Assembly: GCA_965649295.1 (NCBI GenBank)
Contig: CBFGKH010000010.1
Span: 32,716 to 96,715, forward strand
Origin: a candidate division WOR-3 bacterium
GTDB taxonomy: Bacteria; Hydrothermota; Tepidihabitantia; Tepidihabitantales; Tepidihabitantaceae
Reading direction: 5' to 3'
DNA: 64,000 nt
Below the pieces are notes generated by a model that was not told where the DNA came from, ran no database searches, and worked only from the letters and a program-made list of their open reading frames with translations. The position numbers were made by a program, and so were the translations under genes. Positions 1 through 9,350 of this stretch are shown piece by piece (the first letter of the stretch is position 1; the number at the start of each line of letters is the position of its first letter).

Positions 1-61
1 CGCGTACCACAGCGCTGACCGCCTCAATCAGCTCACGGACTTTGGGCAATGGTATCCGCAT
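1..61 (-). CDS. N-terminus of a probable 4Fe-4S subunit (NuoI/MbhN-like) of the hydrogenase complex, truncated by window edge
   Basis: ATG at 61, 3 nt after the mnhG stop; reads MRIPLPKVRELIEAVSAVVR, resembling N-termini of NuoI-like subunits in group-4 clusters; no Cys motifs visible. Confidence 0.5.
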   Translation of the reverse strand, partial: MRIPLPKVRELIEAVSAVVR

Positions 62-64
62 CTG

Positions 65-412
65 CTATTCCTCGATAATACTCGGTCGCCCGCGGTCAGC
101 GGTAAACTGATCCTTGACTGTATGCTTCCAGAGCTTGACACCAAAGATGAGCGAACCACGTGCCAACGCGTGAGCTGCAATTGGGACCGTGATCAATACG
201 AAGCCAGCGCAGAGCAATGCCTTAATGCCCAAAGCCGTGAACCCAGATAGCAAAAATACACCGAGCAGAATACCGCACGTACCCAAGGTGACACACTTGG
301 TAGCCGCCTGCATCCGATTGTACAAATCTGGGAATCTGACCAGTCCGATACAGCCAAGCAGAGTGAAAGCGACACCAGTGGCGATGGCTGCCCAGCCAAG
401 TACGCTAGTCAT
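65..412 (-). CDS. mnhG: Mrp/Mnh antiporter subunit G (MbhC-like)
   Basis: GLVRFPDLYNRMQAATKCVTLG and PIAAHALAR motifs; start placed at MTSV after GAAGGAG. Confidence 0.92.
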   Translation of the reverse strand: MTSVLGWAAIATGVAFTLLGCIGLVRFPDLYNRMQAATKCVTLGTCGILLGVFLLSGFTALGIKALLCAGFVLITVPIAAHALARGSLIFGVKLWKHTVKDQFTADRGRPSIIEE

Positions 413-659
413 CGAGACTCCTTCCTTCCAAGTACTTGGCCAGCGCCAACGTACCCACAAAGGAGATAACCGCCAGTGCGATTGAAAGGTCCATCAAATA
501 GGACAGCCGGTAACGCAAGGCCATCAAAGCAGTAATACTCGTGAAGATAACCGACATAATATCCACTGCTATCGCCCGATCTGGTATGCTCGGCCCTTTG
601 AGAGCACGGTAAAGGCAGAAGAACGCCCCGCCGACAAGAATCACGACCAGCGTTGTCAT
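405..659 (-). CDS. mnhF: Mrp/Mnh antiporter subunit F (MbhB-like)
   Basis: YRALKGPSIPDRAIAVD motif, 3 hydrophobic segments; ATG at 659 after GGAGG. Confidence 0.92.
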   Translation of the reverse strand: MTTLVVILVGGAFFCLYRALKGPSIPDRAIAVDIMSVIFTSITALMALRYRLSYLMDLSIALAVISFVGTLALAKYLEGRSLDD

Positions 660-670
660 ACTCGCCTCCG

Positions 671-1162
671 TCAATCGAAAATCCGTTTGAGGAAGAACTC
701 AAACGGCCCTATTATCCGTTTGGCCGCGGCATCCGGGTCGTCAGTCGTGACTTCGATCCAGTGGATGTACAAGGTGTCCTCTACCAGTTCGACTGACATA
801 GTACCAGGTGTCAGCGTTATTGAGTTAGCTAAGAAGACACGGGCGATATCAGACTTCAACGATGTTTTTATTCGAACAATCCCTGGGCGGAGCTCAAGCC
901 CAGGCGCAAGAACCCGAAGAGCGACGTCAACGTTAGCCCTGAGGCACTGCCACACAAAAACTGGAACGTAGACAAGTAACCAGAACCATCTAACCGGGTT
1001 CAGCAATCTTGCAAGGCCAACTGGGAAAACGTTTCCAAAGAAGATAGCAGCGAGCACCGCCGCACCGAGTCCGAAGACTAACTCCTGCCAACCAGTACTC
1101 CAGACCAGCAACAACCACACTCCAAGACACAGAACTAGGAGTGCGACCCGGCGCGCAATCAC
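671..1162 (-). CDS. mnhE: Mrp/Mnh antiporter subunit E (MbhA-like)
   Basis: LANSITLTPGT and LYIHWI motifs. Confidence 0.93.
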   Translation of the reverse strand: MIARRVALLVLCLGVWLLLVWSTGWQELVFGLGAAVLAAIFFGNVFPVGLARLLNPVRWFWLLVYVPVFVWQCLRANVDVALRVLAPGLELRPGIVRIKTSLKSDIARVFLANSITLTPGTMSVELVEDTLYIHWIEVTTDDPDAAAKRIIGPFEFFLKRIFD

Positions 1163-1165
1163 TTG

Positions 1166-2671
1166 CTAACCTCCCAGCACTCCAACTGCGTAACGAGAAC
1201 CATCAATGATGGCTTGGGCAGCTGGCCCGATTAGCCAGTCGAGCAGCGGCTTGAAGCCAACTCCGCCTACTAGCGAAAGCAGGACCAAGAACAACATAGC
1301 AGCTACCATTAGCACTGGTGATTCCCTGGCCGGTGTTGGCTCGGTTCCGGGCCGACTGAAGAAAGCACGGTCGACGACAGTTACAAAATAGCCAAGCGTC
1401 ACGACCGAAAACACTGCTGCAAAGACAGCAAGCCAGTACATTCGCGCATGGATTGCCGCGACGATGATGAACACCTTAGCAAAGAATCCAACAAACGGTG
1501 GAACACCAGCAAGTGAAAAGGCTGACAATATGAATGACCACGCCGTGAATGGCATTGTTCGCTCAAGGCCACGCAGGCCGCCGATATCGCGGCAACCGGT
1601 AGCATCTTGTACCGAACCGGCCGACAGAAACAGCGCACCCTTGCCAAGGGCATGGGCCAGAACCAAAAACAATGCACCAACGACACCCCAGTAGTTGCCG
1701 ATCCCAAGTCCGATAACCACGTAACCAACCTGGCTGATGCTCGAGTACGCCAACAATCGCTTCTGGTCGCGCTGAGCGTATGCCAAGACACCTCCGACAA
1801 CAACTGAAACCACGCCCAGCGCAACAAGCAGATCGAAGAACTGCGGTGCGCTTACGCGCGTCAGGCCGAAAACGTTGAACATCACTCGGCTCAGCGCATA
1901 AACGCCCAGCACTTTAGAAAACACACCGGCTAGCATTGCCGCGACCGGCGTTGGTGCCGACGGATAGACATCAGGCAGCCAGGCATGGAACGGAACCAGA
2001 GCCATCTTTATCGCAAAGCCGAAAACGAGTGTCGCGGCAATAAGCCAGAACAACGGCGTACGCCCAGCCGCATCAAGAGCCGTAGCGACCACTGCCATGT
2101 TCAATGCTGAGACCCGCGCATAGAGAAGCGCTATTGCTAACAAGATAGCCATCCCGCCGATCTCGCCGAGCACCATGTACTTGAAAGCAGCCTCCAACCC
2201 TTCTGCTTCGGTGCTGAAAGCGACGAGCGCGTAGGATGCAACCGCCGAAATCTCAACAAAGACGAAGAGATTGAACATGTCACCCGAGACCGCGACACCG
2301 TTCAAACCTGTCAGCATCAACATGAGCAGCGTATAGAACTTCCAGCGTCCTGTGTAACGATCAAGATAGCGCACGGCATAGACAGTCGCGGCCAATCCAA
2401 CTAGCGTAACTACCAAAACGACTAGTGCAGTGAGGCTGTCGTACACCAAAGTTATACCAAGATGAGAAGGCCACCCACCCATTCGATACACAACCGGAGC
2501 CTCACGGAGAATGACGTCGGATACACCCAAACCGGCAAGACCGACTAGCACCGCAGCGGCTGCACTGGCGACAACATCTGATCCTCGCGGCCACAACTTA
2601 GAAAGCAGGGGAATCAGAAACGCCACCGCCATCGGCAGCAACACCAAAGTTGGCACATAACGCGGATCCAT
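1166..2671 (-). CDS. mnhD: Mrp subunit D / MbhH-like proton-translocating antiporter subunit
   Basis: DMFNLFVFVEIS, KMALVPFHAWLPD, KRLLAYSSISQVGY; multi-TM. Confidence 0.9.
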   Translation of the reverse strand: MDPRYVPTLVLLPMAVAFLIPLLSKLWPRGSDVVASAAAAVLVGLAGLGVSDVILREAPVVYRMGGWPSHLGITLVYDSLTALVVLVVTLVGLAATVYAVRYLDRYTGRWKFYTLLMLMLTGLNGVAVSGDMFNLFVFVEISAVASYALVAFSTEAEGLEAAFKYMVLGEIGGMAILLAIALLYARVSALNMAVVATALDAAGRTPLFWLIAATLVFGFAIKMALVPFHAWLPDVYPSAPTPVAAMLAGVFSKVLGVYALSRVMFNVFGLTRVSAPQFFDLLVALGVVSVVVGGVLAYAQRDQKRLLAYSSISQVGYVVIGLGIGNYWGVVGALFLVLAHALGKGALFLSAGSVQDATGCRDIGGLRGLERTMPFTAWSFILSAFSLAGVPPFVGFFAKVFIIVAAIHARMYWLAVFAAVFSVVTLGYFVTVVDRAFFSRPGTEPTPARESPVLMVAAMLFLVLLSLVGGVGFKPLLDWLIGPAAQAIIDGSRYAVGVLGG

Positions 2672-2674
2672 CAG

Positions 2675-3013
2675 CTAACCCCGCAACTTCCTAATCTCAG
2701 CGATATCGAATGTTCGATACTTCTCGTAGATGCGCATCGCTATGGCTAGCATCAATGCAGTGGTGGCGAGGCCAATGACAATTGATGTTAGTACCAAGGC
2801 CTGCGGCAGGGGGTCAACGAAGTTACGAACTGCGCTCGACTGCGTGACGATAGGCGGCAGTGCGTCGCGTTTGAACCCCACAAGAGCAAAAAGGAGGTTC
2901 ACAGCATACTCAATCAGTGTGAAACCGATGACAATCTTCAACAAGTTGCGTTTGGCAACAACTGTGTACAGCCCGATGAGAAACATGAGCACACAAGCAA
3001 TTAGTGGTACCAT
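2675..3013 (-). CDS. mnhC: Mrp subunit C / MbhG-like
   Basis: RNLLKIVIG and VDPLPQALVLTSIVIG motifs. Confidence 0.93.
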   Translation of the reverse strand: MVPLIACVLMFLIGLYTVVAKRNLLKIVIGFTLIEYAVNLLFALVGFKRDALPPIVTQSSAVRNFVDPLPQALVLTSIVIGLATTALMLAIAMRIYEKYRTFDIAEIRKLRG

Positions 3014-3015
3014 GG

Positions 3016-3456
3016 CTAGTCCTTCATGACGAAACGGGACGCTCCCAGTGCCAAGAAGATCGCAAGCAGACCCGCACCAACTTTGATTCCGATCGCAATA
3101 TTAGCTGGCATTATCAAACCACCGGATAGGAGCTGCAACGGCTGTCCGATACCGAATACCGGCTTGTTGGAGAAGAACTCGACGCCGACCATGGCCCCGG
3201 CTACTGCCAGACCTACGAACGCAAGCCCACCAACGCTCTCCAGCGCCGACGAGAAGGTGTAGGAACTCTTCTCGACCTTCTCGACCGAACCAAAAGCAAG
3301 AGACTCCATTATGAACGCTGCCGCCACAAGCACACCTCCGGCGAATCCACCGCCCGGAGTCAAGTGACCATGCAAAATTATGTAGCAACCGTAAAGGAAG
3401 ACGATACCAGCCAGCAGTCTGACGATGACTTGGACAATTGTCGACATCCCCCGCAT
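3016..3456 (-). CDS. mnhB: Mrp subunit B / MbhF-like
   Basis: HGHLTPGGGFAGG and IGIKVGAG motifs; start approximate. Confidence 0.9.
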   Translation of the reverse strand: MRGMSTIVQVIVRLLAGIVFLYGCYIILHGHLTPGGGFAGGVLVAAAFIMESLAFGSVEKVEKSSYTFSSALESVGGLAFVGLAVAGAMVGVEFFSNKPVFGIGQPLQLLSGGLIMPANIAIGIKVGAGLLAIFLALGASRFVMKD

Positions 3457-3457
3457 A

Positions 3458-4000
3458 CTAACTCCTCTCTCCAAGAATGCCGGCTCGCCGGACTACGGTT
3501 AGCACGCCCACGACCGCGGTGAAAAGGACTGTCGCCTCGCCAAGCGTGTCATAGCCACGGAAGTCTAGGATAATTGCCGCAACAACATTCGCCGCGCCTG
3601 TCCGCTCGAGTCCAAGAGCAATATACTCTGTAGCAACTCGCAGCAGTGGACTTCCGAAAGCAGGTAACTCAGCGAAGGCCCTCGCAGCGAGGACAACTAG
3701 CAGGATTGCAAAAACGGCATAGGCAGCGGTGGCGCTCACCGACTCCCGACGGACGGAACTAGCCACAGTTGAATCGACGCTAGTCGAACGCAGAACAACA
3801 GCAGCAAAGAAAACAACCGTGAGGATTTCAACAAGGATCTGAACGATCGCCAAATCCGGCGCTTGTAGCAGTATGAACATAATCGCCACACTAAAACCGA
3901 CGATCCCGAGCGCCACCGCTGCGGCAAGCAGGTCCCTAATCTCGATAGCAATGACTCCCGCAACCAGCATCACCGCGAGCAGCACATAGAGCTCAATCAT
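3458..4000 (-). CDS. Fused MbhD-MbhE-like subunit (MrpA C-terminal part)
   Basis: LQAPDLAIVQ (MbhD/DUF4040-like) plus NVVAAIILDFRGYDTLGEATVL (MbhE-like). Confidence 0.85.
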   Translation of the reverse strand: MIELYVLLAVMLVAGVIAIEIRDLLAAAVALGIVGFSVAIMFILLQAPDLAIVQILVEILTVVFFAAVVLRSTSVDSTVASSVRRESVSATAAYAVFAILLVVLAARAFAELPAFGSPLLRVATEYIALGLERTGAANVVAAIILDFRGYDTLGEATVLFTAVVGVLTVVRRAGILGERS

Positions 4001-4003
4001 CCG

Positions 4004-5908
4004 CTACCTCGCCGCAAGCACAAGATATACTATCAATGCCCCCAAAAATACCCAACCGACGTACAACGGCAGAATACCAGTATGAATCATAGCAAGTGCC
4101 CGCCCAGTAGAGCGAACAAGCCTGCCTGAGGCCGACACAATCCAGTTAATGACATCGTGAACTGCCTCACGTAGTACAAGTCCGGCTCCGCGACTGACCG
4201 CCACCACCCATGAATATAGATCAAAAGCGCCAGCTTCACCGAACCGCAGCAGCTCACTGAGCAATGGTAGCTGCTTCACCGAGGTATAGAACGCCGTCCC
4301 CGTCACACGACTCTCCTCGTTGTCGGCGATTGATTCTCCACCAACGAACGTACGACCAACAATCGGCTTACGCGCTGTCCCCAGCAGGTAAAGGATCGCA
4401 CCAACGCCTAAAGCTATCACCAGCAGCACTGTCGCCTGCCGTGGCTCCCACCATCCAGGCAACATCACGCTGAACGGCAGTCCTGGATAGATAAGTGCTG
4501 ACAACGCCACTGGAAAAGCGAAAACACCAAACAGCACGCAAGTAGCAGCAAGCAGTACCGGCGGGAGCCACATTGCAAAGCTAACTTCATGCGCCCGAGC
4601 CAAAGATGCCGGCCGCTGACCGAAAAAGATAGCGTGCAGCAACTTCAGAAACGACGCAAGCGTTAAAACACTGCCCAACATTGCCGCTACGAGGTAGAAC
4701 GGGAAAACGCTGTTGCCTTCCCGCGCCAGCTCAATCACCCCCTGATAGACCATCCATTTGGAAACAAAACCATTTAGTGGTGGCATACCCGATATTGCCA
4801 GCGCCGCGACTAGGAATGAAAGCATCGTTAGAGGCATCTTTACTGCCAGCCCGCCAAGTTGATCAATTTCATCTGTCTTCGCGACACTTTCAACCGAACC
4901 AGCAGCAAGAAACAACCCTGTCTTGTATATCGAGTTGTTGAGCATATGAAACAGCCCCCCAGCGATACCCACCGGGACACCGGTACCGATCCCCAACACC
5001 ATGTAGCCGACTTGAGACACAGCATGGAATGAGAGCAAGCGCATTACCCGTTTCTGAACTAAAGCCATCAGCACGGCACCAAGGATCGTCACTGAACCAG
5101 TAACCATCAGCAGGGTGCGAACAGTCTGGTTGGTTGCAATGTCAAACAAACTAGTCGATATCCGAACAAGAAGGTATATACCAAGCAGCTTGTCAAGGGA
5201 TGCTGGAATGAACGCCATCACCGTGGCGGGTGACGATTCTGATGCCTTGGGAATCCAAGAATGGAATGGCATCGAACCTGCCTTGGCAAGCGCCCCCACC
5301 GCAACCAGCAAATAGGCAAGGACTGTTAGCGGTTCAAGTAACGGCCAAGGAGCTATCGGCATTAAGTCAATCCAATCGTGAACAATGAGCAATACCACAC
5401 CCAACAGCATAGCGAAGTCAGATAACCCAATTACCACCAGTGCCTTTGCTGCTGCTTGGCTGGCACCAGCGCGTCCGCTCAGTAGCAATCCGTAGGTTAC
5501 GGCAAGCAGAGAACCCCAGAAGAAGAGTAACACCGGCAGATTGGCCGAAGCCAATACTCCATTTGCGCAGGCAAGTGCCAACAACATGAAGAGGAAGTGA
5601 TTGCTGGCCTTAGGCTCACCACGAAGGTACCGCAAAGAATAGGTAAGTATCAGCACAGCGAAGATAGCAACGAACAACAACACAAAGCCTGACAAAGCGT
5701 CGAGTCGGAACGACAGCGGCAGACCACTGAGCCAACCGATATCGTACACTACGATCGTAGTCCGCGTCTTGATGAAAAGCAGCACCGCATAGAACAGCGA
5801 TGCAACTGTCCCGATGAAGCAGAATTCGTTGCGCAGACGCCGCACAACGAAACCAGCCACCCCAGCAGCGGCCGGAACCAGTAACAACATCAATATCGGG
5901 TGCGGCAT
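4004..5908 (-). CDS. NuoL/MrpA-like antiporter subunit with C-terminal extension
   Basis: KAGSMPFHSWIP, RLLSFHAVSQVGY, GMPPLNGFVSKW; C-terminal HTGILPLY. Confidence 0.88.
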   Translation of the reverse strand: MPHPILMLLLVPAAAGVAGFVVRRLRNEFCFIGTVASLFYAVLLFIKTRTTIVVYDIGWLSGLPLSFRLDALSGFVLLFVAIFAVLILTYSLRYLRGEPKASNHFLFMLLALACANGVLASANLPVLLFFWGSLLAVTYGLLLSGRAGASQAAAKALVVIGLSDFAMLLGVVLLIVHDWIDLMPIAPWPLLEPLTVLAYLLVAVGALAKAGSMPFHSWIPKASESSPATVMAFIPASLDKLLGIYLLVRISTSLFDIATNQTVRTLLMVTGSVTILGAVLMALVQKRVMRLLSFHAVSQVGYMVLGIGTGVPVGIAGGLFHMLNNSIYKTGLFLAAGSVESVAKTDEIDQLGGLAVKMPLTMLSFLVAALAISGMPPLNGFVSKWMVYQGVIELAREGNSVFPFYLVAAMLGSVLTLASFLKLLHAIFFGQRPASLARAHEVSFAMWLPPVLLAATCVLFGVFAFPVALSALIYPGLPFSVMLPGWWEPRQATVLLVIALGVGAILYLLGTARKPIVGRTFVGGESIADNEESRVTGTAFYTSVKQLPLLSELLRFGEAGAFDLYSWVVAVSRGAGLVLREAVHDVINWIVSASGRLVRSTGRALAMIHTGILPLYVGWVFLGALIVYLVLAAR

Positions 5909-5928
5909 AGACTATGACTCGCTTTCGT

Positions 5929-7311
5929 TCAAGACAAACCCCGCTCTAAGACCCCAGCCAGGAGTGGATAGAGTAACCCGAGACCTGTGGAAACAAGCGC
6001 TAGCAGCACAACGCAGAACGCCAATAGCCGATTCTCACGGGCTTCAATGCTAATAGTCGAAGGGCCGACAAAGACCCGGAATAGCCGCAACAAGTAAAGG
6101 ACCGTCAGCACCGCTGCCGCGATTGCACCAATACCAACAAGAAGATTGATTCGCACGGCCGCGGCTAGCACATAAAACTTACCGAAGAATCCAAGCAATG
6201 GTGGAATACCAACTACTGATAGCATTAGGAAGGCAGTCGCGACGGCGGTTACAGGCATCTGTCGGCCCACGCCGTTGAGTTCGTGGATATCGCGCTTGTG
6301 CGTGCTGTGTTCGACAACCCCATAGGCCAGAAACAAACCAGCCTTGGCTATGGCATGTCCAACAAGATAAACCAAACCAGCCAGCAGCCCGAGGATTGAG
6401 GGCAAGGCGAAACCAATGAACACGTAACCGAGCTGACTAACAGTCGAGAACGCCAGGACGCGCTTGACGTCTCGCTCTCGAAGCGCACAGCCACCAGCAA
6501 TCAAAGCACCACCGATCCCCAGACCGGCGACAAGCCAAGGCCACCACCAAGGCATCATAGCGCGGCTTTGGATGAATAGCTTGACATAAGCGACCAAACC
6601 CGCCTTGGCCACGACACCCGACAGCACCGCGCTCACTGGCGACGGCGCCGCCGAGTGTGCATCAGGTAACCAAACGTAAAGCGGTAGGCTAGCTGACTTT
6701 GTCACCATACCAACCAACAAGAGGATCGCAATCCAAGGCTCAATAGCGATACCGGCAAGCCCTGTCCAATCTAGCACACCGTAGTTGATATAGAGCGCCC
6801 CCAACCCAACAAGCATCAACGCCGAGCCAAAGAAGGTAATGAGCAAAGTCCGACTCGCAATTGCGATCTCGGCATCACGACGGTAGAAAGCAGTCAGACG
6901 CCAAGTCGAGATTCCCACAAGCTCCCAACAAAAGTACAAAACAATGAGGCTCCGCGAGAGACATAGTCCTACCATTCCCCCAAGCATCAGCAGCAGAAAA
7001 CCATAGTAATCATCAAGCGGGTCATAGGTACGGATGTACTCAAGCGAATAGACAGTGACAATCAACCAGATGCCAGCAAACACTGCGGCGAGCAACAGGC
7101 CAAGACTGTCAAGTCCGAAAAGTCGGCCGGCATCAACAGTTGCACCGTTTTGCCCGCCCAATGCCATGATGATGGCTACGATAATGGTTGTGACTGCCGC
7201 CCCAACGACAGCTATCCACTGCAGCAATCGCCGACTCAGACGTCGCAGCACTAGCGCGGTTAGCCCCAGCAGCAACGGCGTCAGAACAGCGGTAACCAGC
7301 AGCTGCCTCAC
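5929..7311 (-). CDS. NuoL/M/MrpD-like antiporter subunit
   Basis: YFCWELVG, KSASLPLYVWLPDAHSAAPSPVSA, KRVLAFSTVSQLGY. Confidence 0.88.
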   Translation of the reverse strand: MRQLLVTAVLTPLLLGLTALVLRRLSRRLLQWIAVVGAAVTTIIVAIIMALGGQNGATVDAGRLFGLDSLGLLLAAVFAGIWLIVTVYSLEYIRTYDPLDDYYGFLLLMLGGMVGLCLSRSLIVLYFCWELVGISTWRLTAFYRRDAEIAIASRTLLITFFGSALMLVGLGALYINYGVLDWTGLAGIAIEPWIAILLLVGMVTKSASLPLYVWLPDAHSAAPSPVSAVLSGVVAKAGLVAYVKLFIQSRAMMPWWWPWLVAGLGIGGALIAGGCALRERDVKRVLAFSTVSQLGYVFIGFALPSILGLLAGLVYLVGHAIAKAGLFLAYGVVEHSTHKRDIHELNGVGRQMPVTAVATAFLMLSVVGIPPLLGFFGKFYVLAAAVRINLLVGIGAIAAAVLTVLYLLRLFRVFVGPSTISIEARENRLLAFCVVLLALVSTGLGLLYPLLAGVLERGLS

Positions 7312-8495
7312 TTGCCGAACCTCTCCCTGATTGCCTCAGTCTTTGCCCAGGAAAGCTGCAAAAGCTCTCGCCCTGAGTAACGCATCCGACCATCCTCAAA
7401 CGCAGCCATTCGTTCAGTGCAACAATAGCACGGGTCAACGGCTGCCAAGGTCAAGGCAGCATCAGCTATTGAGCCACCACGAACCGCCACAACATTTGAG
7501 GCAATATTCATATAGCTCGGAGCTCGAACCTTGTGACGCAACGGTCGGTTGGTCCCATCTGAGCGAATATAATGAAATACCTCCCCACGTGGCGCCTCGG
7601 TTCTGCCAATACCCTCACCAGGGGGCACTTCGTCGATTCTCGTCTCGATTGGACCATCAGGTAGGTCTCTAAGACACGCTCGAATGATCTTAATCGACTC
7701 GAATATCTCAAGGAAACGGACCCTGGCCTTGGCAAAAACATCGCCCTCATTGAGGACAATCACATTCCATGGCACCCGGTCATAGGCACAGTGAGGCTCG
7801 TCCCGGCGAACATCGATGTCGACACCGGACGGCCGCGCAGTTGGGCCAACAACTGAGTAGGCGACTGCCTGCTCCCGTGTCAACCGCCCCACACCCTCAA
7901 GCCGAGCCCGAATCACCGGATCATCGAGTACGGCATTTGTAAGCATCATCGTCTTCCTCTCGACAATTGCCAACGCCGCCTCAATCTGCGGTATCTGTTC
8001 TGCTGTGATATCATGTCGAACACCGCCGGGCTTGTTCATGGCATAGTGGTTGCGGTTGCCGGTTATCGACTCGAAAACCTGCAGAACATGCTCACGGTAA
8101 CGCCAAGCCCACATCCAGACTGTGTTATAACCGATGAAATGACCGGCAAGACCCACCCAAAGTAAATGGGAGTGAATTCGTTCTAGTTCATGGACGATGG
8201 TCCGGAGGTAGTCTGCTCGTGGTGGCGGCTTGATACCAGCACAATCCTCGATTGCCAGTACGCAGGCAAGTGGGTGCGAATTCGAGCAGATACCACAGAT
8301 TCGCTCAACCAGAAAAGGAATCTGGTCGTAAGTTAGTTCAGGGGAAATGAACTCGTGTCCTCGATGATTGTACCCCAGATGAATCTCCAAATCCACAACC
8401 TTCTCGCCCTCGACGATAAGCTTGAAAAACTCAGGTTCTTCCTGAAGCGGATGATAGGGACCAATCGGCACAATTCGTCGCCCGTTACCGCTCAT
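7308..8495 (-). CDS. Group-4 [NiFe]-hydrogenase large subunit (MbhL/EchE-like)
   Basis: ERICGICSNSH (L1) and DPCYCCTER (L2) CxxC pairs, GPYHP, EAPRGE; ~33-aa C-terminal tail; start after GAGGTGAG. Confidence 0.92.
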   Translation of the reverse strand: MSGNGRRIVPIGPYHPLQEEPEFFKLIVEGEKVVDLEIHLGYNHRGHEFISPELTYDQIPFLVERICGICSNSHPLACVLAIEDCAGIKPPPRADYLRTIVHELERIHSHLLWVGLAGHFIGYNTVWMWAWRYREHVLQVFESITGNRNHYAMNKPGGVRHDITAEQIPQIEAALAIVERKTMMLTNAVLDDPVIRARLEGVGRLTREQAVAYSVVGPTARPSGVDIDVRRDEPHCAYDRVPWNVIVLNEGDVFAKARVRFLEIFESIKIIRACLRDLPDGPIETRIDEVPPGEGIGRTEAPRGEVFHYIRSDGTNRPLRHKVRAPSYMNIASNVVAVRGGSIADAALTLAAVDPCYCCTERMAAFEDGRMRYSGRELLQLSWAKTEAIRERFGK

Positions 8496-8937
8496 GAAAC
8501 TCACCTCGACGTTCGTAGTCACGGCGCAAAGGACGTTGACTGGCATCCCAATCGGTATCAGAAGTGAGCAACGGTTTCAGACCAGGATGGCCGACAAAGT
8601 CAATGCCCAATAGCTCATGCATCTCACGTTCAATCCAATCGGCGGCGGGAAACCAGGTTGCCTGTGACTCCACTGATGGATCATCCTTGGGTAGTAGAAC
8701 TTTAAGAGTATAGATTATGCCCGTATTATCGTCCGAGAAGTGATAAAGAACCTCGAAACCATCGCGGGTATCAATACCCGTGCAGATCGATAATCGCATG
8801 CCACAGTCACAGTGCAAATATCGTGCGGCAGCAGTTACGCTTCCGCGCGGTATTCGGATATATAGACGGCGCGGGTTGTGTTCAAGTACATCAAGTTGGG
8901 GAACGAAACGACGGAGACCATCGAGGATCGAACTCAT
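8485..8937 (-). CDS. NuoC/MbhK-like subunit
   Basis: ADWIEREMHELLGIDFVGHP motif. Confidence 0.9.
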   Translation of the reverse strand: MSSILDGLRRFVPQLDVLEHNPRRLYIRIPRGSVTAAARYLHCDCGMRLSICTGIDTRDGFEVLYHFSDDNTGIIYTLKVLLPKDDPSVESQATWFPAADWIEREMHELLGIDFVGHPGLKPLLTSDTDWDASQRPLRRDYERRGEFHER

Positions 8938-9350
8938 AGTTTACTCAGTGCCTTGACCACTCCGAGAATCATCGCCTCCGGCTTGGGCGGGCAGCCGGGC
9001 ACATAAGCGTGCACCGGAATGTGTCTATCATACGGGCCAACGACATTGTAGGAATTTCGGAAAATGTGGCAGTTGCAGGCACATGAACCGATTGCAATCA
9101 CCAGGCACGGTTTGGCAGTCTGCTGATACACTTCAAGTACCCGAGGCAGTGACTTTCGGTTGACTACCCCAGTCACAAGCAGCGCATCAGCGTGGCGCGG
9201 TGAACCCACCAGCACTACCCCAAATCGTTCCACGTCATAACGTGGAGTAAGCAGTTCAAGTATCTCAATGTCACAGTTGTTGCAGGGCGCCGCCGCCAAA
9301 TGATACACCCAGGGTGACTTCTTAAGACCCCAGAGTTTCGCCCGGCTCAT
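8934..9350 (-). CDS. [NiFe]-hydrogenase small subunit (NuoB/MbhJ-like)
   Basis: CNNCDIE, SPRHADALLVTG, GSCAC, PGCPPKPE. Confidence 0.92.
   Translation of the reverse strand: MSRAKLWGLKKSPWVYHLAAAPCNNCDIEILELLTPRYDVERFGVVLVGSPRHADALLVTGVVNRKSLPRVLEVYQQTAKPCLVIAIGSCACNCHIFRNSYNVVGPYDRHIPVHAYVPGCPPKPEAMILGVVKALSKL

Noticed and set aside
7308..8495. Annotation as complex I NuoD or Ni-less Mbx/MBS
   Set aside because: Both Ni-Fe-binding CxxC motifs are intact
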